A stretch of DNA of 64,000 nt from Euprymna scolopes. Lineage: Eukaryota. Each line of letters opens with the position of its first letter. The first letter of the stretch is position 1. The stretch lies in assembly GCA_053919585.1 (NCBI GenBank), contig CM132791.1; one strand, written 5' to 3'. A program made the position numbers and the translations under genes. Positions 37,230 through 49,782 of the stretch are shown here, one piece after another. The notes below the pieces were generated by a model. It was not told the origin of the DNA, did not search any database, and saw only the letters and a program-made list of their open reading frames with translations.

Positions 37230-38430
37230 AGGGAGTTGGGCAGTGAGATGTCTGTTTACATTACCATTTAATTTCTGCATATCAGTACAGTCAGGGAAGC
37301 AGGGGCCCGGGAGGGAATTCCAAAGTTCAGCAATCTGAAGAAAAAGCTATTCGAGTTGAAGGCTTTACGGCATCAAGGGTTTCTACAGTGTAGAGGTGGG
37401 ATTTTGCTGCTTGTCGAGTTTGTCGAAACAATTGTCGTCGGGAGCATACAAGTGATTGGAATTATTCAGAGCACTTCCCATTGAAATACTTGTAAAACAG
37501 ACACAGAGATATCATGTTTCAGCTATGGGACAGAGGTTGAAGCTTAGTTGATAATTCGGGACCTATTAGGTTGGTGACTCTTTTGTTAACACTGTCTAGT
37601 AACGAGAGACTAGTAGCAGAGTCACCAGCTCAGATGTGGCAATAATGCTCTGTAAGAAATTTCTTTCTTACACACTCAATTTCCTCTCTGCAGAAGCAAA
37701 TGAATTCCACAAACAAAAGCCATACATTTAAACTGAAAATTTATTCACAGTGTAACAGCAATGAAAGTTCTTTGGTTATGGTATAGTCCTTTTGCAAAAC
37801 AGTGGCCCGATTTTCTACTATACGCATGGAGCCTTTAGTATGAATTTCTATTGTTGGAATATTTGTTCGCTTTTCCTTTGGAAGGATCCATGATGATCAT
37901 GTTGAACGTGGCGGGAATGATGGCGCCTATAATCAGGCATAATGTGAGCCCCTTAAGACTCAAGAAGAAATAAGATAAGATCCAATAATTGGATAATAAC
38001 ATGCCGAACAGTGGTGAAATGGCCTCCTTGATTTAAATAGGTTCAGTAAAATAAGTTGTCTCTGCTTGTAGAGATGTGTCCTTCGTTCAACGACTGTTTG
38101 GTGTTCATGAAGGAATTGTCTTGACTCCCTATTGAGGAAATCACTGGTTTGAGTCTATACCGTTCCGTGTTCTTTCTTAGACTTAAAAATCAATGGATGA
38201 ACACAAAAAGGCGCCAAGTCAAATCACCTGACACATTCAAATTTAAACCAATCACAGACCGACTACTATATATTACCGGCCTAAAAGAAAGATGGCGGTT
38301 GTATGTGGAATTTTTCACAGCTCACAGCATGGGTGAACCGACGCCTTGTAGAGATACAGGAGTTTCTCAGGTGTTAGAAGCCTTTAAACGCGGTATAGAG
38401 AGCCCATCTTCATTGCAGCAGCCTTAGTAA
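37230..38430 (-). mobile_element. Older, heavily decayed LINE of the same group
   Basis: Minus strand AELWNSLPGPCFP...VNRHL (~37250-37335) and EHYCHI*AG (~37625-37652). Confidence 0.65.
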
Positions 38431-39739
38431 TTATCTAAATGTATTTGTTCCAATTCATGTTGTCTATGAATGTTAACCCTAGGAGCTTGAAAGAAATAAT
38501 TTTAATTAGTGTCTCATTAGCCATGATAATTAGTTAAGAAACTTTTGTTCCTTCATATTATAATTAATACTTTTTATACTTTTTAACCACAAAACTGGAT
38601 TTTAAGAATGTATATACACAACCGTTAGTGTTTACACTATAACGAGTCATTCTGAATATCAAATATAAGAAAGTTCGCTCATTCTCCATTCTCTTTTCTT
38701 TATTTGAAGTAGAACATAACAAAAATAATTATTCTTGTGTCGATGTCAGACGTATTCCATTAAGTCAAATAAATGTTTATTTTTATGTTGTTCATCTTGA
38801 TGTAAATATCAATACGTGTGTCTTGTCTAAGCATTTTTTCTTTTGCTATTTCCGCTATTACATTATGATTAGTTTCTTATTATTTTTACATGAGATTTGT
38901 GTGCTGAGAAATGTTTTAGTTCATGTACACTAGACCTCATATGATTTACTGTCATTAAGATGAAGAGCGCCTTAGCTTTTACTTTCTATTTGATACACCC
39001 GAATACTTCCCAAAGCTAACATATTTGGGTAGAGGTATATATGTAATAAGCATAACATATTAGACTGTATAAATAGGATGATAATTTAGTTAATTAATTT
39101 GTAGAATTGAAGACAAAAAAGAGGTCGAAACTTTTCCTCGCTCGTCCTTCGTCGCCCACGCAGTTAACAGTCATATCGTTCTCTTCTTCTTCTTCACAAA
39201 ATCACAATTACGTTCGATCGCATCAACAAGATCACGTTCTGTCTCTCTCACAAGAAGAACGTCCTTATATGCAGTCACTTTTAATCCCGACGGTACCACA
39301 ATTTGCATAGCTCTCTTTTCTTTGTAATAGACGGATTCTGAGTTCGATTGAAAGCGGTTCTTTTGTGAATCTTATTTTATTAGGTGGAAGTACATATATA
39401 TATTGTAATGATTTCAAAGGTTAAGAAAAAAATGTCTGCGCCATCAGCTAGAATAGAAACCAAAACTTCCAGCGCTCAGACATCGTCGTTATTTAGCTTT
39501 CTTCGATACATCTGCGCTATCGTTAGACGGAGAAAAAAACGCTAGAAAATTAAGCGATTTTAGGATAAAATGTATATGTAATGCTCAAAAGATGATCAAC
39601 TTCCCTCTGTCGATTTACCACAGGTCAACTGTGTTCTTTCAATTTTGACATATTAGCGCATATTTTTACAAGGTAAAGTCCAGATGAAAAGTATGCTACA
39701 AGTCCCAGTAGTCTATATATCAAATTTCAACAAAAGTTA

Positions 39740-39777
<38 letters not shown>

Positions 39778-39818
39778 ACTTTTGTTGAAATTATATATAT
39801 TTTATTCAACTTTTGTTG

Positions 39819-39856
<38 letters not shown>

Positions 39857-39954
39857 AACAAGTAGTTAATAAAACATGTAAAAATACTCTGAAAAAAAGT
39901 TAAAAACATATTTAATTTTGAAAAGAATGCACAAAATAAGAGGATAGTCCTTAA

Positions 39955-39996
39955 TCAGCGGAGTTTCGAAGAAATACTTTACTTCTCATTAGAGGG
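39955..39996 (-). ncRNA. Degenerate hammerhead in a PLE-like tail
   Basis: CTaATGA-GAAG-taaagtattt-CTTC-GAAA-C; the tail runs into (TA)n at ~39853. Confidence 0.5.
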
Positions 39997-40176
39997 TAGG
40001 GATTAGCAAAATGTGGGGTCGGACTTTGCTTGCAAAAGTGTTTAATGAAACTACAAGTAAGTCATAGATCTTACTTGTTAAAAAAAATAGTGAAGCAGAG
40101 AGAATAGGGGGAAGAAAAAGGTGATTTCACGTGAATGGATGGTTTGGTAAAGGGTAAAATATCCAATAACGATATA

Positions 40177-40332
40177 NNNNNNNNNNNNNNNNNNNNNNNN
40201 NNNNNNNNNNNNNNNNNNNNNNNNNNNNNNNNNNNNNNNNNNNNNNNNNNNNNNNNNNNNNNNNNNNNNNNNNNNNNNNNNNNNNNNNNNNNNNNNNNNN
40301 NNNNNNNNNNNNNNNNNNNNNNNNNNNNNNNN
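40177..40332. other. Assembly gap
   Basis: Run of N. Confidence 1.
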
Positions 40333-40697
40333 CCTTAAATTCTACGTAATTGTGCAGAATATAGAAACTATGCATGAATAGAATTCGGAGTAGTTGCGAA
40401 ATGAAAACAATCATCCAATTAGAAACCATAAAAATAAGTAATACTCGTGTTTTTTTAATATGCAAAATAGTTCACCCTTATGTAGTCGTTCCTTCTCCAT
40501 GATTGAATATTAAGAACATGGGTTTAATAAATTTAAATAGAAAAAGTAGGCTTTTAATATCAATGTCAGAGAGAGAAAAACTTAACTTCATATGTATATA
40601 GATATATAAATATAAATATTTTAGTGTGCTTGATTGTTTTCATTTTTTAAATTTTAAATTCTATTCAATTATTCAGTACATAGTAACTATGCATACC

Positions 40698-40770
40698 TAG
40701 AATTCAGCGTATTAGTGAAATAGAATTCAGCGTATTAGTGAAATAGAATTCAGCGTATTAGTGAAATAGA
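40698..40770. repeat. 3 x 23-bp tandem repeat
   Basis: tagaattcagcgtattagtgaaa repeated three times. Confidence 0.95.
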
Positions 40771-41374
40771 AACAAATCATCTTATAAGAAACCAGGAAAA
40801 TCAGTAAGAAACTGTTCGGTTTATATATGAATATGCTAATTAATTAACACTCATGTAATCGCTGGTATATATTAAGAAGTTTGTTTTAATAATTTTTAAT
40901 TTGAAGAAGTAGACTTTTAATATCAATGTCGGGGCGAGAAAGAACCAACTTTATAAGAATATAGATATATGTCTGTGTGAGGAACGGCCCTTGCCAAACT
41001 ACTCTGTCAATTTTTAGTCTGCATATTTGAAACTAAATATATAAGGAATTCCGACCTGAGGAAAAAATTCGATTTGGTTTACGCCGGTAAAAATAGGTGC
41101 TAAAGAGTCAAACGAAAATGAAACTTCGACGGCATTCGTTGACTTAAAGTGCTTCGCTACGCATGCGCAAATATACATTTATATATTAATGTAAGTTATT
41201 TTTTAAGCTTTAATATTCACTGCTGGTAGTTCAGATGATTACCAATGTCGTTAGAGCGATATATCTTTTGGTTTCGATTCTAACCATTAGCACCCAAGTC
41301 CTATTTCTTTTCACTTTCGAAATCACTACCGTATATTGGGTAGAATATACTGAGTATTAACTCTATAATAATAA

Positions 41375-41449
41375 ATACGAAATCTGCATAAATTAAAATA
41401 TCATATTAAATCATATTTTACGATTAGGCAACGCTGGGATACGGTCTAG
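41375..41449 (+). mobile_element. Helitron 3' end, same family
   Basis: tacgaaatctgcataaattaaaatatcata...ggcaacgctgggatacggtCTAG|T. Confidence 0.7.
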
Positions 41450-43387
41450 TTAGAATATAAATATATAACTTTTATTCAGTTTATTCAGCAGGAATTTGAC
41501 TTATAGCGTGTTATAAGTTTTCTCAATAGAACGCGCAGCCTGTAAAATCATCACCTTTTTAGTCAGATGACTTATAGGTTAAAGCTATACACTATGGAAT
41601 TCTTCAATAGCGTCATTCGTGAGATAAGAAAGTGCTTTCTACTTTTTAACAAAGAGCTACTATAGTGTCCAGACGCTTAATAATTTTTCAGATTGATATA
41701 TAAAATACGTTCCATTTACTCTTGAATTATGTTAGTACAAACAGAAAAAAAGACTAGTATTATGTCGGAGTTAATTCTTTTTAATAAAGTATCATTGATC
41801 ATCTGGGTTTAAAAATATGATTTTATATAGAGATCTGTTAGACAAACATAGAGATATGAATCTAATTAGAAACCGTAGAGAATTCAAGAATAAGAAGTAC
41901 TAATAGTTATATTAACAACTATTTACCAACGAAAATAGGTGCACTGCATTAAATATGACGATAGACTAAATATTGATACTTAAATATGAAAGACACTTTG
42001 TGCGTTTGAGTTATTTCCCTATAAATTCCGAAACAGCTGTTGCATTTTTTATTTCACACAAATGTACTTTATGTGTCTGGGAGTGTTCTCAGATAAGTAG
42101 TGTATCGGAATAGCTTAGATAAGTATTGAAAATCGTAAAAAAAAGTCCTAATAAAAGAAAGAAAGTCATATTTGGACCAAAGTTAACACCATTATACAAC
42201 CTAACATTACACCATTATACAACCTAACATTACATTCAGATGGTTTATGACAGAGCAAGTGGAACGTACCGGTCTATAAAATCAGCAGTATGTTCTTTGA
42301 TAAGACAAAGGCGCCTACAAAATGAATTTTCCCGTTTAGATAACAATTGAACTGTGATGCTTGAGTTTTGCATTTTAAACTTTAATTCAAGCCATCATAA
42401 AACATATTTTTAAACCAACAGTAAACTACAATGTATTGTGGATTACATCTCAGCGAGGGTGCATGTAAAGAGTCTCTGCGGTGCACGGCGATGTGTCCCG
42501 ACTAGTGTAGGCAATCAATCAATTTGATTGAAAATGGGCAATTTCACCGATTTCTATAAGAATGAAATTATCTGAGTTGTAGAACATTTGTTGATTCCCA
42601 TTCAATCCTGGGCAACGTTGGATCTCCCTGATAGTTAATTAAAAAAATTAAGTATATAGATCTAGAATATAGTAGAGTATTCGGTTCATAGACACATTAA
42701 TAAATGTTAGGTCTACAGAATGTTAAGTTTATAATCGGAGATTAAAAAGGAATAATCTTAGAATATCCGTTGGTGTTTTATTTAAAGACATTTATGTGAA
42801 TATAATGTTAATTCTTTAAATGATTTGAAATCATACAAATATATGTGTTATATTGTTTGTAATACTATTTCCTATTTTTACACCGATCTCACACCGTTCG
42901 TTAAAATAAAAACCTTTAATGGTTATCTTATTATATGGCAATTCAGCAGGCACAGAATAGTAAAGTTGGGTTACGATGTGTAAAATGAATGCATCGAAAG
43001 GTAAATCTAGCTTAAATTATTATAATCTGTTAAATACCTTATATAATAAATAGATGTAATCAATTGCAATTTTCTCATTGATTAATGTGTTTATTGGCTA
43101 AACTTTTCACGCTTGTAACCTTATCTAATTATATAGCGGGAACACTTGCATGGTCTTACCTAAAGAATTTTACACATATGCTATTAATGCCATGAAGATA
43201 CAATATAGTGACACCAATAATTGCCGGTCTCGCCCGATCTATGCATGACGGGAATTCACGAGAATTCGGGTCAAATTATGCAAGTTTTTCGTTGCTTCCT
43301 TAGAATAAGAAGGCACTTAGAGATTTCAGACCACTTAAATCAGTTTGGGGGATTTTAAAAGTAAGGTTTGTAAATATATAAAAATAG

Positions 43388-44385
43388 GGTACTCTTTCAT
43401 AATTTGACCCGAATTCTCGTAAATTCCCGTCAAGCATGGATCGGGCGAGACCGGCAATCATCGGTGTCAGCCGCGATCGTTGTTCAAATTTTGAAACGTT
43501 AACTCGACTTTTTATTTTATTTATTTAAGTTTTTTTTTTCTGTTATGTTTTTAGTATTTTTTAAGGTGATATTAAGTGGGTGGGGGTGACTTTTTATTTT
43601 CTGATTAGTTACTTATTTATTTATTATTATTATTTTTAATTTAATTTTTGGGAGTTTGATTAGCCAAAGAAAAAGCGCTATCTAAATGGAAGCAGACGAC
43701 ATTCGAATTGGAAGAAAGCGACTAAACCAACAAAAAAAAAGAAAAAAGATGATAAATATATTTTCAAAACTTGCCAAACAGAAAAATGACAAGCAAGAAA
43801 ATAAATCTATACATGTTAGAAAAAGAAATGAAAACATCGATGCAGACAATCTCATATTGTCAGGAAAAGAAATTGCTGTCCCCCAAAAATAAGGTGCATT
43901 GCACAAATGTTTACTTTAAAAAAGATCGTGTGTTAAGGATGGTTTCTCCTGAAGATGTACAAATGGACAGTGCCACCAAAGAACTTGACTTAATAACAAG
44001 TCTTGAAAAAGAAAACAGAAAAAAAAAAAGAAAAAATACGGTTACAAAAAAGAAAACAAGCAAAACAAAATAACTTGTACTTACACCTAACAATCATACG
44101 GTTAAAAAAATATTTTCTTGGAGGAAAAAAACAAACTTTCTGTTGATAAATATTTTGCAAAAAAAAAATTAAATACTAAAATGAAATAACCATGTTTTCA
44201 TTTTTCAAGGTAGTTTTTTTTTGTTATTTTTTATTATTTGCATTTGTATTTTTTCCGTTTTTTTTTTTTTTTTCATTAGTCTGCGTCTGTTACGACGCTC
44301 GGCTGACACCAATAATTGCCCGTCTCGCCCGATCTATGCTTGACGGGAATTCACGAGAATTCGGGTCAAATTATGCAAGAGTACC
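43388..44385. mobile_element. ~1-kb non-autonomous TIR element (Merlin-like); an extra orphan TIR lies at 43209-43284
   Basis: ~85-bp TIRs starting GGTACTC and ending GAGTACC; flanks aaaaatag and gaaaatat match at 6 of 8 positions (possible 8-bp TSD). Confidence 0.7.
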
Positions 44386-44395
44386 GAAAATATAA

Positions 44396-44622
44396 TTTTT
44401 TTTTTTTTTTTTACACAGTGATCACCATTTATCAAGGCCCGGGAGCCACTCAGGGATAAGGGTTATTGCAAGTACATAACGTTAGTGTGGAGATTTGATG
44501 AAGTGTTTACTTAAGGGGGCGGTTCATTAGGAATTTGTTAACATTGGACTTGAAGACATCCAAGTTGTAGTCCGGTGGGAAGCAGGCAGACGGAACAGAG
44601 TTCCACAGGCGTGCAGTTCTTT
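44396..44622 (-). mobile_element. Short 3'-end LINE insertion with poly(A)
   Basis: Matches 45320-45540; T-run at 44396-44412. Confidence 0.85.
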
Positions 44623-44932
44623 GAAGTTTTAAGTAGGTTATGTTCTCATATACTCGTTAGGTGTTTATATGGATATTCGGGAAACGTCTACTGTATTTTG
44701 CACTAAAATTGTACATATCTAAAATATACTTTTAGATTTTGAGCAGATGTTTCTTTATTTCTTCGTCTTTCAATATTCATGTTCTATTACCAAACAGCAC
44801 AAACTATGCTAACATCAGATTAACTAACTAAATTAATTAACAACACTCGTCTATTTTGAAGAATACTAACAAATAACCAAATGATTTTTTTTCATTTAAT
44901 AAAATAATAATATAAGATTTTTTAGAGCTATG

Positions 44933-45011
<79 letters not shown>

Positions 45012-45299
45012 GAGTATAGGCGTTACACGCTTAAAAGATATCACAAATATGGCACAAAATGAGAATAGATTCGTTAAAGTATCTCAGCCTCTCAAAAAAA
45101 CAAATTATACTCTTATTATCTAACGCATTATCGTAGACAAAGGAAAGCAATTATTAAAGCATGTTAATGACAACTTTTAAGCAGTCCTGAAACCGTTTGT
45201 TCTGATGTATTTGCAATGAAAGAGAAATCCTTATTGACTGAAGTAACTGGGTTTTGTTTTTGTTTTATCTTAATTATGTGATGAATAAGTTTATTTTGT

Positions 45300-48200
45300 T
45301 TTGTTTTTTTTGTACATGGGGTCACCACTTATTAAGCCCCGGAGGCCACTCAGGGATAAGGGTTATTGCGTGTACAGTAATCAATGAGATAGTATTGTAG
45401 TAATCATTAGTATTGGAGATTTGATAGAGTGTCTTACTTAAGTTTGTCAGGAATCTGTTTATGTTGGATTTGAAGACATCTAAGTTGTAGTCGGGTGGGA
45501 ACAGGCGAACGGAAGAGAGTTCCACATGCGTGCACTTCTGAGAAAGAGGCTCTGCTCATGGAATTTACATTTGGATTTAGGCACAGATAACGAGTGGGAA
45601 AAATTACTGACAGTAGTTTCAGCTAGACGGGTGTTTCTCGTGAAAGATTGGCGAGGGGGGACGAGAGATTGGGGCTCAGACGAGCATTTGCCATGGAAAT
45701 AACGATAAATGAAGACAGGCTCGCAACGTCTCTTCTGTGGGAGAGAGGTTGCAGGGAAGAGAAAAGGGCATCCCCCACTAAACCACTAAGTCTATTTTGT
45801 ACTCTGTCAAAGCAGGATAGACTGTTTTTAGCAGCCCTTGCCCAGATGTGGCACCAGTACTCCATCTTTGGACGACTTGGCTTTTATACAGATAGGAATT
45901 GCATCAGTACTGAGATATCTTCTGGAGCCGTAGAAGGATCCCACCGTCCCTGGCAACAGACTTGACGTACGTGTTCCATTTCAGATCAGGAGTAAAGGTC
46001 AAACCCAGAAGCTTGTCAACACATGGAGCCTCCCCAAGACGAGAGCCATTAATTTCAATTGATGCCAGATGGGGATAAGAGCGCCGATGATGTAAGCATA
46101 GAAGCTTGGTTTTGGATGCATTAAAAGTGACCAGCCACCTCTTCCCCCATTGTACTACGCGTTCAAGATCAGAGGAGAGAGAATCAGAGAGAACTTTGTC
46201 ATTTACGGCCTTTGATGTGTTGCCATAGATGGTCGTGTTATCAGCATAGAGATCAACGAATGAGATAAGTATGTGTTTTGGGAGATAATTGATGCAGATC
46301 AGGAAGAGAGTTGGGCCCAGTATGGACCAATGGGGGACTCCAGCATTAATACTATGGGCATCTGATTTCTGCCCATCAACCACTACTCTTATGAGCCTAT
46401 CAGAGAGAAATGGTTTAATTATTGACAAAACATTTCCAGTTATACCCTAGCTGGAAATCTTGTGAAGTAGGCCATATGACATACCTTATCGAACGCCTTC
46501 CATATGTCAAGAGCAATTGCACTGGAAAGGAAACCTTTGTCAAGAGATTCACTAATCCTATGAAACATAACCGTTAGCACATCTGCTGTAGATCTTGCAG
46601 AGCGAAAACCATATTGTATGTCACTAAGAAGTTTGTTTCTGTTGAGGTGGTTGACTACTTCTTTATATAATATGGATTCCAACAACTTACTTATGACACA
46701 CAGGAGACTTATTGGTCTGTACTGAGAGGGAGATGATTTTTCACCTGAATTCTTAAATAAAGAGCATACTGGTGAGGTTTTCCAGGGTGTTGGAAAGCAC
46801 TTCTCCTTAAGGCAACGCTTAAACAGTTTTGTAAATATGGGGGAAAGTTCTCGTTGGAGCTTTTTCAGCACTATAACTGGAATGCCGTCAGGGCCAGTTG
46901 CTTTACTGGAATCAAGGTTCTTGATTAGCTTGGCGACCTCACGCACAGATATTTGTATGTTGCATAGCGTGTTGTCCGGGTAGTTGATGGTCATTGTCGT
47001 ATAGGGTAGAATTAGCTGGAAATTCTTAGGCAAATAGTTTGGCCTTGTCTGATGTTGGCGAGATGACCTCAGGTCCATTGATAATAGTTGGGATAGAACG
47101 TACGCTTCTGTTCAAGATCCTATTTGCAGAATTTGTGGGAGCCAAACCGCTTCTCAGCTACTTTGGATTTAACAGACTGAGCATATAGCTGTCTTGATTT
47201 TTTTATTATTCCTTTTCAGTGGTTGCTGGCAGTCCTGAAAGCAGTTTTAGTCTTAGAACATCTATTACGTTGGTAGCTATGGAAAAAGTGATTTCTGTGC
47301 GCGATGGCAGCAGCACATTCAGAGCAGAACCATGGCTGGCTGTTAGGTTTTTGTTGGAATTTTTTAATGGTATTAATCGGTCTATGCCTACAATTAACCA
47401 TTCGGTCAGGTCTTATACTACAGAGGACACATTCGTTTTAAACATGGAATGCAAAGGTAGGTCATATATGAATGTACGGAAGCTATCCCAGTCAGCTATA
47501 GAGTATCGATATACAGTACGGTGGAGAGGTTCGTCTGTAGACGCATTACATTTCATTTTTATCTTAACTGCTACAACAGAGTGGTCAGAGGATCCCAGAG
47601 GAGATAGAACGGAACATGAACATAGCTCAGGGGAAGTTGTGAGGAAAAGGTATATAAGGCTTGCATACTGACCGGTAGTATCGGGTACACGGGTGGGTTT
47701 GTGAACAATCTGAGTGAGGTCATAGGCAGTGGCAAAATCATAACAAAACCTCCCCTTGTCATTGGTTTTATTTGAGTGGGTCAGCCATTCCACATTGTGG
47801 ACATTGAAGTCACCACAAATGTGGTTGTTAACCGAAGGATGAGCAGACAGGATATAGTCAATTTTCTCAGATATGCTCTTAAAGATAGTAACCCCACTGT
47901 TGTGGGGGCGATAGAGGGCAAATATAAATGCAGTGGTGTAAGCTAGTGCAACCCGGAAGCACATATAAGGAAAATTAGGGTCTTCTCTGGAGATATCCCT
48001 ACCACATAGAAAGCCATCTTTGATGTAGGCACATATTCCAAGCCCCTGGCGATCTTGGGGGTCAGCTTTCGATGTTAAGTTAGAGTATTCTTTAATTATG
48101 AATTCGTCTAGAGAAGTGGTTGGACTTATGCCAGTTTCACTTAGAAAGAATATGTCCGGTTTCGTCTCCTGTAATTGTGTTTCAACCTCTGGAAGGTTGG

Positions 48201-48790
48201 AACGTAGACCCTTGATGTTGGAGAAGGAGACCTGGTAGTAGAGGTCTACGTTGGAGGATGAGGTTCTAGGTTTATTCGTGTTTCTTTTTTGAAGATTTGT
48301 CATTATTGTTGAGGTGTTGGGGTTTGTGGAGCAGGTCGGTTGACTTGGTTGGAGCAGGACAGAGAGGGAAAATAAGAGAGAAAAGACGGGAAGATTTTTT
48401 TGTAGCACATGATAAGGTAAAGCCGTAACAATTACCCACTAGTATGGCATCGAGAGGCCCTACTAGAAACTACTGCATGGTCCAGAATCCATTCACCAAA
48501 TGGCAATACAGCAGCCCCGGTACTTTGCACCTGCTGATAGGACAGCCTCCTTAGTGGTTCGGGTCCCTGACTATCAGGCGGGTAACGTCAGCCCAGATGA
48601 TACGTTTACCTCCAGCACCCTTACTAGTGACATGACCACACGGATAGACATAGAAACATAAATTTTCCGACATCTCAGGCTACTATTTACAAAGTACTAC
48701 CGACCTGAAAAGCAGCTTTTTCTTCCCCCGAGAAGCGAGAGTTACTGGAGCTTCCGATAACACATCCACATGCATTATCTACTCTCCATT
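45300..48790 (-). mobile_element. Near full-length APE-RT non-LTR retrotransposon (CR1/L2/Jockey group), degenerate
   Basis: APE ORF 47413-48408; RT pieces KATGPDGIP, YRPISLL, QYGFR, KAFDKV, LYADN, EYWCHIW; 3' UTR and A-rich tail. Confidence 0.95.
47413..48408 (-). CDS. Apurinic-like endonuclease (APE) domain of the LINE ORF; open for 331 aa, with the downstream RT frameshifted
   Basis: SNIKGL, FLSET, YRP, GDFNVH, PTR and SDH motifs. Confidence 0.85.
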   Translation of the reverse strand: MLQKNLPVFSLLFSLSVLLQPSQPTCSTNPNTSTIMTNLQKRNTNKPRTSSSNVDLYYQVSFSNIKGLRSNLPEVETQLQETKPDIFFLSETGISPTTSLDEFIIKEYSNLTSKADPQDRQGLGICAYIKDGFLCGRDISREDPNFPYMCFRVALAYTTAFIFALYRPHNSGVTIFKSISEKIDYILSAHPSVNNHICGDFNVHNVEWLTHSNKTNDKGRFCYDFATAYDLTQIVHKPTRVPDTTGQYASLIYLFLTTSPELCSCSVLSPLGSSDHSVVAVKIKMKCNASTDEPLHRTVYRYSIADWDSFRTFIYDLPLHSMFKTNVSSVV

Positions 48791-49782
48791 GATAAAATAA
48801 ATAAATAAATATAATAAATAAATAAATAAAAATGAAAAAAAGCCGCGTGTTTTTTAGTTCAGATAATATGCAAATATAATTTGGGAAATGTTCAATTTCA
48901 TGGGAGACTTTTTTTCTCGTTTTAAATATAAGAAAAAGTATTGGTTAATAATAGTATTTTTGACAAAAAAAAAAGATTTAAGAAAAAGATAAGAAAACAA
49001 GACAAATATTCAGGATTAAAGTTAAACCTGTGATAAGGAAAAAGAGAAAAAAGAAAAAAGAAAAAACTAAACATGTTAGTGTTTTTAGATTAGTAGACTG
49101 CAAAAGTTACGAACAGAAAAGTTTCTTAGCTTTTGGGACCGTAGAGTTCGACTTAGCTTGGAGTCGATAGCTTAAAGAGTATGAATGCCAGCAAGTAAAT
49201 CTGCTTTTATGCCGATATTTAAAGGGTATGTTGGGTGGCAGTGGTCAGAAGAATATTCGACCACCCCATAATAAATATGCTATAATGGAACTTTTATCAA
49301 ATTGAAAAGTCTGGTTATTTTTAACTCGTTTAAAAATCTGGTTAAGAAGTAATACCTTTAGGGTTACGTATTACCTTTAGACTAGCTAGAAGTAATGCAT
49401 ACTTTAGAAGAAAAAAAGCCGCGTGTTTTTTTAGTTCAGATAATATGCAAATATAATTTAGGAAATGTTCAATTTCATGGGAGAAGTTAAGAAATACACC
49501 CGCACCGCTAATGTAAAACATTCATAAAAAGAACGTTAATCAATCCTATATCCTATACTCTATCAAGTAAGTAAAAAGCATTAAGATGAAAAGATTTTAT
49601 TTCGTTTTCTGATGTGGTCTATAAGTTAATAAAAAAATCCTAGAAAGCATCTTAAACAAGCGTAACCCAATGGTTCTGGTTATAGTCGATGAAAATAAAA
49701 TCGTTCACGATTCACCTATTTTATAAAGTAGTCGTTCAGGAATGAAAAACCGTTAATAAAAATGAAAGCTAAACAATAAAAA

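Noticed and set aside
37200-38430. Host exon (higher-complexity sequence)
   Set aside because: The minus strand retains LINE C-terminal motifs (WNSLP..CFP, YCHI*AG), so it is an old retroelement.
42150-42350. PP1-binding RVxF/YDR-like coding fragment (KRKKVIF...YDR)
   Set aside because: Requires frameshifts, has no splice support, and such short motifs occur by chance.
43682-44093. Lys-rich ORFs as a transposase or host gene
   Set aside because: Low-complexity A-rich interior of a TIR element with no catalytic motif.
48405-48470. HDV-like ribozyme in the APE-LINE leader
   Set aside because: A P3/L3-like GGC-CTCTCGAT-GCC is present, but no convincing P2 could be paired and a simple hairpin explains it.
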